The notes beneath the pieces are model-generated. The model was not told the DNA's origin. It did no database searches and saw only the letters and a program-made list of their open reading frames with translations. Positions 37,571 through 47,880 of a DNA stretch of 64,000 nucleotides are shown here, in pieces. Positions within the stretch are counted from its first letter, which is position 1; each line of letters opens with the position of its first letter. Source of the DNA: Nanobdellota archaeon (lineage in GTDB: Archaea; Nanobdellota; Nanobdellia; Pacearchaeales; GW2011-AR1); assembly GCA_038045945.1 (NCBI GenBank), contig JBBSXC010000001.1:1-64000 (forward strand), read 5' to 3'. The position numbers and the translations under genes were made by a program.

Positions 37571-38160
37571 TCTGCTAGTTCAGTTCTGTTTTTACCTTTG
37601 TCTTTTGCTTTGTATAATGCTTTGTCAGCTCTTTTCATTATTGAATTCACGTTTTCTTTACCGTTAAATTTTGCTATTCCTCCAGAAAATGTTACTTTAT
37701 ACTTTTTTAGGTCATGATTATTCCACATCCCGTTTCTTATCCTTTCAGATACCCTCATAGCTTTTTTTGTTGGTGTCTCAGGCATTAATAGTACGAATTC
37801 TTCCCCACCAAACCTTGCTAGCGTGTCCGATTTCCTTATGGTTTTTTGTAAGTGGTCTGCTAATTCGTAGAGTATTTTGTCACCTGTCATGTGCCCGTAA
37901 TCAGTATTTATTTTTTTGAAGTTGTCTAAGTCAATTATTAGTATTGTGAAGTCTTGTTCTTTTTTGTTAATTTTGTCTCTTAGGTATCTTTGCATTTCTA
38001 GTTCAAGAACGGACTTAAAAAATCTGAAGTTGTATAGTCCTGTTTTTTCGTCTCTTGTGGATAATTCGTATAAGAATTCTATGTCTTTTCCTATTTCTTT
38101 TAGGAATTTATCAACTTTTACTTTTATTTCCTTCTTCATTAAAGAAATTTTTTGTGCCAT
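37567..38160 (-). CDS. GGDEF-domain diguanylate cyclase-like protein
   Basis: DEKTGLYN, IDLDNFKKINTDYGHMTGD, RKSD I-site, ARFGGEEF and ADKALYKAKDKGKN. Confidence 0.92.
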   Translation of the reverse strand: MAQKISLMKKEIKVKVDKFLKEIGKDIEFLYELSTRDEKTGLYNFRFFKSVLELEMQRYLRDKINKKEQDFTILIIDLDNFKKINTDYGHMTGDKILYELADHLQKTIRKSDTLARFGGEEFVLLMPETPTKKAMRVSERIRNGMWNNHDLKKYKVTFSGGIAKFNGKENVNSIMKRADKALYKAKDKGKNRTELAD

Positions 38161-38297
38161 TAAACATTCATCACCCTTAAGAGTTTCTAGCCCTTATTCT
38201 TTTAATAACTTAACGGTTTCATCATTTTTTTGGCGCTATAACTGAGAAGTTTTCTGCTATCTTAAAGCTTTTAAAAGAGGGCAGTTTTGTATAATTC

Positions 38298-38585
38298 ATG
38301 GTTTATATTAGTCCTTTAATTAAGACTTGCATAATTTTTTTGTTTATGGCTACTTCTCCTCTAGTTGGCGTTATTCTTTCCAGGGTTACTAAGGAGGAAT
38401 TGTTTATTGGGAGGAAATATTTTGTTGGCGTTCTTTGGACCCTTATAATATTAACTTTATTCTTTGTTGATTTGTGGTTTTTTGGTTTTCTCTCTGGTTT
38501 GAATGCTTTAGTTATTGTTCTTACTTGTGCTTACTTCTTTGTTATTGTTAGTATTTCTTTGTTTATGAGTTATAAGCGTTCATGA
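38298..38585 (+). CDS. Small membrane protein
   Basis: Three TM helices; TKEELFIGRKYF. Confidence 0.65.
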   Translation: MVYISPLIKTCIIFLFMATSPLVGVILSRVTKEELFIGRKYFVGVLWTLIILTLFFVDLWFFGFLSGLNALVIVLTCAYFFVIVSISLFMSYKRS

Positions 38586-38620
38586 TTAAGTTTTAATATT
38601 GTTGTTTCTTCTACTATTTT

Positions 38621-39547
38621 ATGATTAATTGTGATGTTTTGATTATTGGTGGCGGCCCTGCTGGACTAACTGCTGCTATTTATGCATCTCGTGCTAACCT
38701 TAATACTGTTCTCTTAGAGGGTTCTAAGGATATTGGTGGCCAGTTGGTTCTTACTACTGAGGTTGAGAACTTCCCAGGTTTTCCGCAAGGGATTCTTGGT
38801 CCAGAATTAATCTCTCGTATGAAGAAGCAGGCGGAAAAGTTTGGTGTTAAAGTTTTGAGTGAGGATGCCATTAATGTTAATTTTTCTTCTAGTCCTTTCC
38901 TCATTGATAGTAATAAGAACAAGTTTAAGGCTAAGTCTGTGATTGTTGCTACCGGTGCTAGAACTAAGTGGCTTGGAATTCCTTCTGAGAAGAAGCTTCT
39001 TGGTAGAGGCGTTTCTTCCTGTGCTACTTGTGATGGTGCTTTTTTTAAGAATAAGGATTTATTCGTTATTGGTGGCGGTGATTCTGCTTTGGAAGAAGCA
39101 TTATTTTTGACCAGGTTTGCCAGTTCCGTTACAGTTGTTCATCGTAGGGATAAGCTTAAGGCTTCTAAGATTATGCAGGGTCGCGCTATGAAGAATGATA
39201 AGATTAAGTTTGTTTGGAATAGCGAAGTTAAAGAAGTTCTTGGTGACTCTAAAGTTTCCGGTATAAGGGTTATTAATAAGGTTTTGAATAAGAGTTCTGA
39301 TCTTAAGGGAGATGGTGTTTTTGTTGCTATAGGACATGAGCCAAATACTGAATTATTTAAAGGTCAGCTTGTTCTTGACCAAAAAGGTTTTTTAGTTGTT
39401 AAGAATAACGTTTTTTCTGATAAGCCAGGAGTTTTTGTTTGTGGTGACGTTCAAGATCATCGTTACAAACAGGCCATTACTGCTGCGGCCTATGGTTGTA
39501 TGGCTGCTATAGAAGCAGAGAAGTACTTAGAGGATAAAGAAAAATAG
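38621..39547 (+). CDS. trxB: Thioredoxin-disulfide reductase
   Basis: GGGPAG, CATCDG, GGGDSALEEA and YKQAITAA. Confidence 0.96.
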   Translation: MINCDVLIIGGGPAGLTAAIYASRANLNTVLLEGSKDIGGQLVLTTEVENFPGFPQGILGPELISRMKKQAEKFGVKVLSEDAINVNFSSSPFLIDSNKNKFKAKSVIVATGARTKWLGIPSEKKLLGRGVSSCATCDGAFFKNKDLFVIGGGDSALEEALFLTRFASSVTVVHRRDKLKASKIMQGRAMKNDKIKFVWNSEVKEVLGDSKVSGIRVINKVLNKSSDLKGDGVFVAIGHEPNTELFKGQLVLDQKGFLVVKNNVFSDKPGVFVCGDVQDHRYKQAITAAAYGCMAAIEAEKYLEDKEK

Positions 39548-39622
39548 TTATTTTTTGTTTATAGCTTCAATTGTGGTAAGACCTATCGCTTTCTTTAAAT
39601 ACTTGTTTTATTTATAGTTTTT

Positions 39623-40213
39623 ATGGGTAAGTACATTATGGTTTCATTAGATGATGATAGTGGTAAGAGTCTTTCTGAGGTTCTTACTAATGATACTTGT
39701 AAGAAAATCATTAATTTTTTATCTGATCATGATGAGTCTACTGAGTCTGATATTGCTAAGAAACTTAATCTTCCTCTTAACACTGTTAATTATAATATGA
39801 GGAAACTTATTCATTCTAAACTTGTTGATGAAGCCCCTCACTTTTTTTGGAGTAAGAAAGGTAAGAAAATTAGGGTTTATCGTATTTCTAACAAGTCTAT
39901 TCTTATAACTCCTAAAGTTAAGAGTAAGATGAATAAGACTCTTACTTCTATAATTACTATTGCTTCAGCGGTTGTTGCTGGTAGTATTATCAGGCTTGTT
40001 TTCCATAAGCAGATTTCTCCACTTGAGAGTCAAATTTATGATAGTAGTGAGTTTGCTATTGCTACTACTCAAAAGATTATTGCTGATAGTTCCGCTGAGA
40101 ATATTAGTCATTTGTCTACGATTATTGCTTCTGTTCCTTCTTGGGGTTGGTTTGTTGGTGGTAGCGTTTTTGCTCTTATTATTATGCTCATACTAAACTG
40201 GAAGAAATTATGA
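39623..40213 (+). CDS. ArsR-like HTH regulator with C-terminal TM helices
   Basis: TESDIAKKLNLPLNTVNYNMRKL, WSKKGKKI, two TM segments. Confidence 0.8.
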   Translation: MGKYIMVSLDDDSGKSLSEVLTNDTCKKIINFLSDHDESTESDIAKKLNLPLNTVNYNMRKLIHSKLVDEAPHFFWSKKGKKIRVYRISNKSILITPKVKSKMNKTLTSIITIASAVVAGSIIRLVFHKQISPLESQIYDSSEFAIATTQKIIADSSAENISHLSTIIASVPSWGWFVGGSVFALIIMLILNWKKL

Positions 40214-40722
40214 TAATGAAAAAATCATTTTTTGTAACTTTAATTATTATTGTAAGTTTTTTTATAGTTGCTGCTTTGGCAATATTTAGTTATAACAGGG
40301 CGAATATTGACCCTATTCTTTCTGAGAAGGGGTTTTTTGGTGAGTTAGTACCACAATCGCAATCAGGCGTTATCGGTCAAGAAGTTTTTTATAATCTTAC
40401 AATAACTGATTATCATAATTACGGTACTCACGAGTACAGATTATTATTTGATCATAATCCAAGCCTCAATGGAGAATTCTATTATGATCATCCTAAAGAC
40501 GGCTCTAATCAGTTAGCGGTAGTTTCAAGTCAGGCTATTAGTGTCTTCTTAAAATCTGGTAAAACAAGTACTACTAGACTAATTGTTACTTCTAAGAATC
40601 CTAATGTTAACATTGGGGATTACAAGTTTTCTATAAAGATTAATGAAGTTAACTCAATTAAATATCAAAATATTGATGGAAGTTTAGAATTACTTCCTGT
40701 GATAATAGCAGTTAATAATTAA
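40210..40722 (+). CDS. Membrane-anchored Ig-like hypothetical protein
   Basis: N-terminal TM and beta-rich body; overlaps the upstream stop. Confidence 0.65.
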   Translation: MIMKKSFFVTLIIIVSFFIVAALAIFSYNRANIDPILSEKGFFGELVPQSQSGVIGQEVFYNLTITDYHNYGTHEYRLLFDHNPSLNGEFYYDHPKDGSNQLAVVSSQAISVFLKSGKTSTTRLIVTSKNPNVNIGDYKFSIKINEVNSIKYQNIDGSLELLPVIIAVNN

Positions 40723-40757
40723 TTGTAAGGAGGTAAAAAAATAATAATATAATAACC

Positions 40758-41522
40758 ATGGAAAAATCTATTAAGATTACTCTTATTATTGCTAGTACTG
40801 TTCTGATTTTGGGTTTGTTAGGATTCATAACTTTCAACGGATTCGTTGATGACTCTAATCCTTCAAACACTGTTACATCTCAGGGTTCATCTGTGATAAA
40901 GGTTGTTCCTGATGTAGTCACTGTTTATTTTAGTGTTCAAACTAGAGATAAAACAGCTGATTCTTCTCAGAAGAATAATTCAGAGATAGTTGATAAGCTT
41001 ACAAATAAGCTTATTCTTGCTGGTTTTAGTAAGGATGATTTAAAGACTCAAGGTTTTAGTGTTTATCCGGAATACGATTGGAGTAACGGCGATAATAAAA
41101 TCAAAGGTTACCTTACTAGTCATGATTTGAAGCTCGAAATTAGTGCTGAGAATTCTGATGACATTGGTAAAGCTATTGATGCTGCTACGGAGTCAGGCGT
41201 TCTTGTTAGCTCCATTAATTTTGAGTTAAGTAAAGAACTTGAGGAGAAGTATAAGACTGAGGCTTTACAAGAAGCTACTGCTAATGCTAGAGCTAAGGCT
41301 GATGCTATTGCTAAGGGTTTAGATAAGGAAGTTGCTAGGGTTGTTTCTGTTAGCACTTCTGACTTTAACTATTACCCTTGGAGAAGTTACAGTCTTGATT
41401 CAAGTATTGCTGAGGCTAGTTATGGAGAAAGCGCAGCTTTAGCTAAACAAGCAGCTGTTAGCATTAATCCAAGTGAGAGAGAAGTAACTGCTCAAGTAAC
41501 AGTAGTATTCAAGCTGAACTAA
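40758..41522 (+). CDS. SIMPL (DUF541) domain protein
   Basis: VTSQG...VVPD, VYPEYDW, ALQEATANARAKADAIA and VTVVF. Confidence 0.9.
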   Translation: MEKSIKITLIIASTVLILGLLGFITFNGFVDDSNPSNTVTSQGSSVIKVVPDVVTVYFSVQTRDKTADSSQKNNSEIVDKLTNKLILAGFSKDDLKTQGFSVYPEYDWSNGDNKIKGYLTSHDLKLEISAENSDDIGKAIDAATESGVLVSSINFELSKELEEKYKTEALQEATANARAKADAIAKGLDKEVARVVSVSTSDFNYYPWRSYSLDSSIAEASYGESAALAKQAAVSINPSEREVTAQVTVVFKLN

Positions 41523-41611
41523 AAAAAACTTTTTTTTGTTTTTCTTTAATTTTTAGTTTAGTTTTTTTGTAGCATAATTAATGTTATAAAGTGTAAAGGA
41601 TTGTTTTGTTG

Positions 41612-41923
41612 ATGTCTATAGATGAAAGATTAAGAAGCTTGGAAGGAATGCGTTTAGAATCATTTGTAGTTAATGCTGATGGAAGCTCGCCAAAGATTCC
41701 TCACAAATTAGAATTTGATTTTTCAAACAAGGGTTATGTAATGGTTAATCCAAAAGATACTATTTTCAGAGATAATGAATTTGAACTTCTTATGAGCGGC
41801 CCGGATGAGGTAGAAATAAGCGGTGCTGGCCTTTATAAAAAAACTTATGATAGGGGAATAATCAATAAAGGAATAACAGCTTCTAGAAGAATTGTTTATA
41901 GAAGAATACCAGATGAGGACTAA
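41612..41923 (+). CDS. Hypothetical protein
   Basis: ORF after a TATA-like gttataaa. Confidence 0.55.
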   Translation: MSIDERLRSLEGMRLESFVVNADGSSPKIPHKLEFDFSNKGYVMVNPKDTIFRDNEFELLMSGPDEVEISGAGLYKKTYDRGIINKGITASRRIVYRRIPDED

Positions 41924-42348
41924 ATTTTTATTTCTTTAATGTTTTTTGTAGTGATCCATGCTACTCCGCTGCCGAAGCCCTTTTTGTTAATATTAAATGG
42001 TTCAATGGTTTGAGGGTTTTTTAGAAGTATTAGCACACAATAATTTTTTGTGCTGTAAAATTCGTTGTTTGGATCACGATTCTTCAAATTTATTCCCCCT
42101 TCACCGCCATACTTCTCTATTATTTCCTTAATTTTTTCTTTGTTTAGTTCGTACTGTAAGACTTTTTCTACTCCAGCTTTTGCTGTTATCTCTTTTCCAC
42201 TTTCTTTAAAGTATATTGTATCTCCAACGATTATTTTGTTCCATGGCACTCTTTTTGTTTTATACCATCTTGATTCTATTCTTTTCTTTCCAGATATAAT
42301 GTCAGGTATTAGCGCTAGTTTAGAATTCATTATTGCAACGTGATCCAT
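41920..42348 (-). CDS. ASCH domain protein
   Basis: IISGKKRIESRW (GxKxxExR) and GDTIYFK. Confidence 0.85.
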   Translation of the reverse strand: MDHVAIMNSKLALIPDIISGKKRIESRWYKTKRVPWNKIIVGDTIYFKESGKEITAKAGVEKVLQYELNKEKIKEIIEKYGGEGGINLKNRDPNNEFYSTKNYCVLILLKNPQTIEPFNINKKGFGSGVAWITTKNIKEIKI

Positions 42349-42402
42349 AGAAAATTAGTGTTTTCGTTCTTTTAATAACTATTTTATTATATTACCATTT
42401 TT

Positions 42403-43320
42403 TTACATTTTTTCTAGTATGCTTATTCTTTTTTCTATAGGAGGGTGTGACGATAGGAGGTTGCCTACTTTGTTTTTTATTGGGTTGCTTAAAAATAGTG
42501 GTGCTATTGCCTTGTTTACTTTTATTGTTCTGTCTTGTACGTTTTGTTCTTCTTTTATTTTTATTAGTGCGTTTCTCAGGCCTGTTGGGCTACGTACGAA
42601 TTTTACTCCGTTAGCGTCAGCTGCGTATTCTCTTTTTCTTGATATTGCCATGCCCACTAGTCTTACTGCTATTGGTGCTAGTATTGCTAGTGCTATTCCT
42701 ATGATCATTAGTATTGCGTTTCCTTTGCTATCATCGTCTCTTCCTCCACCAAACCATAAGCTTCTCAAAAATATTTCGCTCATTATTGCTATCATCCCTA
42801 TCATTACTGTTGCTATCGTCATGAATCTTATGTCGTAGTTTGCTACGTGTGATAATTCGTGTGCTAATACTCCTTCTAGTTCTTGTTTTGTTAGTTTTCG
42901 CAAGGCTCCTTCTGTTACGCAGACTGAAGCGTTTTGAGGGTTTCTTCCTGTTGCGAATGCGTTTATTTGTTCTCCCCTCATTACGTATAGTTTAGGTTTT
43001 GGCATTCCTGAGGCTATTGTTAATCCTTCTATTATGCTGTGGTATTCTCTTTCTAGGGGACTCGAGTGGTTTGCTAGTCTTGCCCCAACAGATGCTATTG
43101 CTATTTTGTCAGAATTGTAGTATCCTATGAATGTGTAAGTTATTGATATTATTATTGTTATTATCATTATTGTGAAGAATAGTGATGGGTTGAATGCTTT
43201 TGATATTACGTATCCTAAAGCTATCATTACTACTAGTATTACCATTATTAGTAATGTCGATTTTATTTTGTTTTTTCTTATTTGTTCATAGAACGATACT
43301 CTTTCTTTTTCTTTAGCCAT
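42403..43320 (-). CDS. htpX: Zinc metalloprotease HtpX (M48)
   Basis: NAFATG, GVLAHELSH, SRKREYAAD and SHPPIEKRI. Confidence 0.93.
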   Translation of the reverse strand: MAKEKERVSFYEQIRKNKIKSTLLIMVILVVMIALGYVISKAFNPSLFFTIMIITIIISITYTFIGYYNSDKIAIASVGARLANHSSPLEREYHSIIEGLTIASGMPKPKLYVMRGEQINAFATGRNPQNASVCVTEGALRKLTKQELEGVLAHELSHVANYDIRFMTIATVMIGMIAIMSEIFLRSLWFGGGRDDDSKGNAILMIIGIALAILAPIAVRLVGMAISRKREYAADANGVKFVRSPTGLRNALIKIKEEQNVQDRTIKVNKAIAPLFLSNPIKNKVGNLLSSHPPIEKRISILEKM

Positions 43321-43375
43321 TATTAATATAGGCTTATTATTGTTTAAAAACGTTGTTTAGTTTAGATCTAGTAGA

Positions 43376-43771
43376 TTATATTTTTGCCTCAAGCCTTGAT
43401 TCTCTTACTTCTCTTATTGGACTAGTTACTATCATGTCCCATTCGTCTCCCTCTTGAACTTTGTCCCCTTCAATTTCTAGTAATGTTGCTACCATCCTTT
43501 TCCCAACTAGCGGTTCTTTAGGTAAAATTTTATAGAATTCTTCAAATGATAAGTCCCCTGGAACGATTTTCTCTTCTTCTCCCTCTTTTTTTAATGAGAA
43601 CACGTGACTTCTTCCACTGTAAACTGCATGTTTTATTCCGTCGCTTTCATTGAAATATCCATCCACTCTGTAATGTCTTCCAACGTGAGGTCCAGTTTGA
43701 GCAACAACGCATGGAATACCCCTTGAATCGTCTACTTCATAATCGCGATTTCTTGTTGTTATAAATGCCAT
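43376..43771 (-). CDS. Hypothetical protein
   Basis: 131 aa ORF. Confidence 0.6.
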   Translation of the reverse strand: MAFITTRNRDYEVDDSRGIPCVVAQTGPHVGRHYRVDGYFNESDGIKHAVYSGRSHVFSLKKEGEEEKIVPGDLSFEEFYKILPKEPLVGKRMVATLLEIEGDKVQEGDEWDMIVTSPIREVRESRLEAKI

Positions 43772-43845
43772 AATAATTCTTTGTCGTTTTACTTTTTAAG
43801 TATTATTGTGTTATCAGAGCTAGCAGTTTTTTATTAAAAGTTTTT

Positions 43846-45168
43846 TTATATTTTTGTTTCTGCTCTTATTGCGCTTGGTGCTTCTCCGCCGTGCCATGTT
43901 AGTCTTGGTTTTATTCTCATTGAGTATATTCTTTCGCTGTTGTCGTCTAGTATTATTGCTGATCCTTTTACTTTTGGTAGGTCGTCCATGTATTTGTTTA
44001 TTGATGATAACAAGTATGATTGCATCATGTTGTTTAGTGCTTTTAGGTCTATGTCTGATGTTACTCTGTGTGATATTACTATGTCTGATTGTGTTATTGC
44101 GTCTCTGTGCAAGGCTCCTGGTTGTTGTGTTGCCATTACTAGTGATATTCCTGGTTGTCTTCCTTCACGCAGGAGTTGTATTAGTGCGTCTGTTGCTGGT
44201 GTTTTGTGGTTTTCTGGTAAGAATTCGTGTATTTCGTCAATGAATAACCATATTAGTGGTACGTCTCTTTTTTGGGATATTCCTCCAAGATAGTTTACTC
44301 CTTTGTTTATTGCTTCTGTTTCTTCTTTTTTTCTCGCATTCATTCTTTCTGTGAATAGTTTTCTTACCACTAGGCCTATTACAAGTCCTCTTACGTTGAA
44401 TGCTCCCACTGCGTTGTATACTGATAAGTCAAGGACTGATGTTACTTCTGCTTTTGCTAAGTCTATTATTCTGCTAGCTTTCTTTTTGTTTTCTTTGTCT
44501 ATGAATACTCCCCACGTTTTTGCTGCCTCAAATAGTCCTTCAGCTATGTTTTTTATGCTTTGTGAAGAATTTTTTTCTGTTTTTATTTTTTCTGTTATGT
44601 CGCTTATGAAGAATTCTTCTCTTTCTATTTTTAGTTGGCTTACTACTTTTTGCATTAGTACTGCTACTTCTCCTGTCATTTCTAGGTTGAATGTTATTAC
44701 CCAGTCTTCAGGTTCTAGTTCGCTAGGCGTTACTCCGAATGATTCGTCTACAGGTATTCCTTTTTTTAGGTACGTTTCGTAATGTCCGTATGGTACTATT
44801 ACTCTTACCGGTAAGTTTTTTGGTTTTATGTTCCATGACTCTAATAATTCTTTTTCTTTGTCGTTTTTGTATTTCATAGTCCAGAATATTCCCATAGTGT
44901 CAAAGATTATTGGTGCTATGTTTTTTGATTCTTCTGCTGGTAGTGCTGATAATTGTTCTGCTATGCTTCCTAAAGTGTAACTTTTTCCGCTTCCTCTTTT
45001 TCCTGCTACTAGTACTACGTGTGTTCTTGCTACGTCTAGGTATATTGGGTTTGATAATGAGTTGTAATTTCCCATTTTTACGAACCCTTTTCCTATTAGT
45101 ATTTTTCCTCTTTCACCAAACTTTTTTTTGTCCTCAGGATCACGTCCTATTAGTATATCGTAAGGCAT
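43846..45168 (-). CDS. HerA/DUF87-like P-loop ATPase
   Basis: GKRGSGKS, WLFIDEIHEF and REGRQPGISLVMATQQP. Confidence 0.85.
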   Translation of the reverse strand: MPYDILIGRDPEDKKKFGERGKILIGKGFVKMGNYNSLSNPIYLDVARTHVVLVAGKRGSGKSYTLGSIAEQLSALPAEESKNIAPIIFDTMGIFWTMKYKNDKEKELLESWNIKPKNLPVRVIVPYGHYETYLKKGIPVDESFGVTPSELEPEDWVITFNLEMTGEVAVLMQKVVSQLKIEREEFFISDITEKIKTEKNSSQSIKNIAEGLFEAAKTWGVFIDKENKKKASRIIDLAKAEVTSVLDLSVYNAVGAFNVRGLVIGLVVRKLFTERMNARKKEETEAINKGVNYLGGISQKRDVPLIWLFIDEIHEFLPENHKTPATDALIQLLREGRQPGISLVMATQQPGALHRDAITQSDIVISHRVTSDIDLKALNNMMQSYLLSSINKYMDDLPKVKGSAIILDDNSERIYSMRIKPRLTWHGGEAPSAIRAETKI

Positions 45169-45251
45169 GAATGTTGGAGGTTATTGGCGTTTTTAATAGT
45201 TATGCTCTCTTAACGTTAATGTTTATATAAAGAATAATCCTTTATTTTATT

Positions 45252-45632
45252 ATGGAAAAAGGTGTTTCTCAGAGTGGTGGTAGGCGGAAGGTTTTGACTC
45301 TTATTGGTGTTTTCTTAGTTGTTGGTTTGTTGAGTGTTATTCTCCTCTATCGTGGTGGTATAACTAGTAAGGTTACTGGTGAGGTTGTTAAGGATAATGT
45401 TGATCCTATTAGTGAGTCTGATGCTGTTAATAGGCTTGTTAGTTTTCTTAATACTAAGTATGGTGATGCTAAGTTTTTTCGTAGTGAGGATTTAGGTAGT
45501 GTTTATTTGGTTGTTATTGAGCATGATGGTCAAAAATATGACTTTTTTATTACTAAGGATGGTAGATACTTTTCTAATTTTATGGAGAAGTTAGAGCTTG
45601 ATAGTGCTTCTGGTAATGTTAGTTCTTCTTAG
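45252..45632 (+). CDS. Membrane-anchored hypothetical protein
   Basis: TM followed by VTGEVV; FFITKDGRYF resembles a DsbC/DsbG N-terminal module. Confidence 0.65.
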   Translation: MEKGVSQSGGRRKVLTLIGVFLVVGLLSVILLYRGGITSKVTGEVVKDNVDPISESDAVNRLVSFLNTKYGDAKFFRSEDLGSVYLVVIEHDGQKYDFFITKDGRYFSNFMEKLELDSASGNVSSS

Positions 45633-46819
45633 GCTTCTATTGCGTTAATATACTTTATTTCTTCTTCGTTTAGTCCTAATTCTTTGTGCGTTTTAGGGTT
45701 TTTTAGTACTTTTATCATGTATGGGAATTCTTTTGTTGCTTTGCTTAGGCTTATATGGTTTTTTTCGCAGTATTTTGATATTACGGATTTTTTCTTTATG
45801 TTTTTTTGGTTTATTATCCAAGTTTTTAGTATTCTTTCAGGTCTTTTGTATGATGTGAATCCGAATTTTGGTTTTTTCTTAGCCAGGTTTATTCCGGCTG
45901 ATAAGAAGTTTGCTTGGTATATTAGAAACCTCCAGTGTTGTCTTCTTATTATTCTTCCTCTGTATAAGTCTGCTAGGCTTAGTGCGTTGTAGGCGTTGTA
46001 TAATTCTTCTCCTTTGTACTCGTTTGGTATGTTTTCGTCCATCCATAAGAATACTTCGTCTATTGATATGTCTGTTTTGTCGAATATGTTTATTAGGTCT
46101 GGTGTAAATTTTCCTTTTAGTATTTCTTTCATTACTGTGAATATGTCTTTTCTTTCGTCTCTTGATGTTAAGGCTTTTGACATTTGTGATGCCTCAACTC
46201 CCCCTTTTAGTATTTCTAAGTCGTTTATTGCTGCTCTTACGTCTCCGTCTGCTTTTATTGATGATCTCAGTAAGTCTTCATCATTGACTTGTATGTTTTC
46301 TTTTTGGCATATTTCTTTTATTATTCCGAATACTGATTTGTAGTCTAATTGTTTTACTGGTATTACTTCTGCTCCTTTTCTTAGTTCTGCGAATCTTTTG
46401 TCCCATATGTCGTTGGCCGTCATTATTATTGGGAATGCGCTATCATTAACTATTTCTATGAGTGTTGCTAGTCCTCCTTCGTCTATTTTTGATATTCCGT
46501 CTACTTCGTCAATTAGTATTATTTTGTTTTTGTTAAATAATGATTTTTGTTCTGATGCTGGCTTTACTACTTTTTCTAGTTCTCCTCTGTTTCTTAGGTC
46601 TGATGAGTTTATTTCTAGTATTTCTGATTTTGTTTCTATTGCTGCTACGTGTGCTATTGTTGTTTTTCCGCTTCCGCTTGGCCCGTAAAAGATTATGCTT
46701 TTTTTGTTTTTCGGGAATGTGCTTAAGAATGCTTTTAGTTTTTCTATCGCGTTGTCTTGCCCTTTTATTTCTTTGAATGTTTTCGGCCTGTACTTTTCTG
46801 ATAGAGAAAGGTTTATCAT
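45629..46819 (-). CDS. rfcL: Replication factor C large subunit
   Basis: EKYRPK, GPSGSGKT, EINSSD, LIDEVDG and GDVRAAINDL. Confidence 0.93.
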   Translation of the reverse strand: MINLSLSEKYRPKTFKEIKGQDNAIEKLKAFLSTFPKNKKSIIFYGPSGSGKTTIAHVAAIETKSEILEINSSDLRNRGELEKVVKPASEQKSLFNKNKIILIDEVDGISKIDEGGLATLIEIVNDSAFPIIMTANDIWDKRFAELRKGAEVIPVKQLDYKSVFGIIKEICQKENIQVNDEDLLRSSIKADGDVRAAINDLEILKGGVEASQMSKALTSRDERKDIFTVMKEILKGKFTPDLINIFDKTDISIDEVFLWMDENIPNEYKGEELYNAYNALSLADLYRGRIIRRQHWRFLIYQANFLSAGINLAKKKPKFGFTSYKRPERILKTWIINQKNIKKKSVISKYCEKNHISLSKATKEFPYMIKVLKNPKTHKELGLNEEEIKYINAIEA

Positions 46820-46823
46820 TTTC

Positions 46824-47795
46824 TTATATTGATTTGCCCTGTCCTGCTAGGACAAATCCTGCTATTAGTGCTTCTAGTTGTATGAATTCGTCACTTCCTT
46901 CTATTAGTCTGAATTCTATTTCTCCCGTTTTTTCTATTAGTTTTACTTTTATTTCTGGTTCTATTGGTAAATTCCATATTTCTTTTTGTATTGCTTTTAT
47001 TATGTCTTCTCCTGAGAATCCTCCGTTTAGCATTATTTCTAGCATTTTATCTCTTGCTGTTACGAAGTCTCCGCTTAGTGCGTATTCCATCACTGTTTTT
47101 ACTTGTGATGGTTTTGCTGATGCTACTACTGTTTCTATTAGTCCGCTAGTGATTTTTGTTGATATTGATGCTGTCGACTGTATTAGGTTTATTGTTCTTC
47201 TGCAGTCTCCTTCGCTTGCTTCGTATATGTTGTCAATTGATTCGTCTGATATTTCTAGTCCTTCTCCTTCAGCTATTTTTTTAAGTATTTTTGCTATGTC
47301 CTTTTTTTCAAGTAGTGTGAATCTGAATAGTACACATCTTGATTGTATTGGGTCTATGATTTTTGATGAGTAGTTGCATGATAGTATGAATCTGCAAGTG
47401 TTAGAATAATTTTCCATTGTTCTTCGTAATGCGTTTTGTGCGTCTCTTGTTAGTGCGTCTGCTTCGTCTAAGAATATTACTTTGAATGGTATGTTTGTTA
47501 TGGCTTTTGTTCTTGCGAAATCCTTTACTTTTTCTCTTATTACCCCTATTCCTCTTTCGTCCGACGCGTTTAGTTCTAAGTAGTTTTCTCTCCATGATTC
47601 TCCGAAGAGTTTTTTTACCACTATTAGTGCTAGTGTGCTTTTTCCTATTCCTGCCGGTCCTGTGAACATTAGGTGTGGCAGATTCATTGATTCTGTTAGT
47701 CCTCTTACTCTTTTTACTACTTCTTCTTGACCTACCATTTCTTCGAACGTTGTTGGCCTGTATTTTTCTGTCCAAATGTTGCTTTTAGGAATCAT
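46824..47795 (-). CDS. rfcS: Replication factor C small subunit
   Basis: WTEKYRP, GPAGIGKS, LELNASDERG, DEAD, AQNALRRTME and IQSRC. Confidence 0.96.
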   Translation of the reverse strand: MIPKSNIWTEKYRPTTFEEMVGQEEVVKRVRGLTESMNLPHLMFTGPAGIGKSTLALIVVKKLFGESWRENYLELNASDERGIGVIREKVKDFARTKAITNIPFKVIFLDEADALTRDAQNALRRTMENYSNTCRFILSCNYSSKIIDPIQSRCVLFRFTLLEKKDIAKILKKIAEGEGLEISDESIDNIYEASEGDCRRTINLIQSTASISTKITSGLIETVVASAKPSQVKTVMEYALSGDFVTARDKMLEIMLNGGFSGEDIIKAIQKEIWNLPIEPEIKVKLIEKTGEIEFRLIEGSDEFIQLEALIAGFVLAGQGKSI

Positions 47796-47880
47796 TTTTT
47801 GTGCACCTTTTTTTATTTCTCCTTTATATTCTTGTGATATTTTGAGTTATTATAAAGCTTATGATGATGAAAGATATAGA

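Noticed and set aside
43846-45168. HerA-like ATPase as a defence or conjugation system
   Set aside because: No NurA, Sir2, nuclease or secretion genes are adjacent, and it follows the host codon skew, so it looks like a resident gene.
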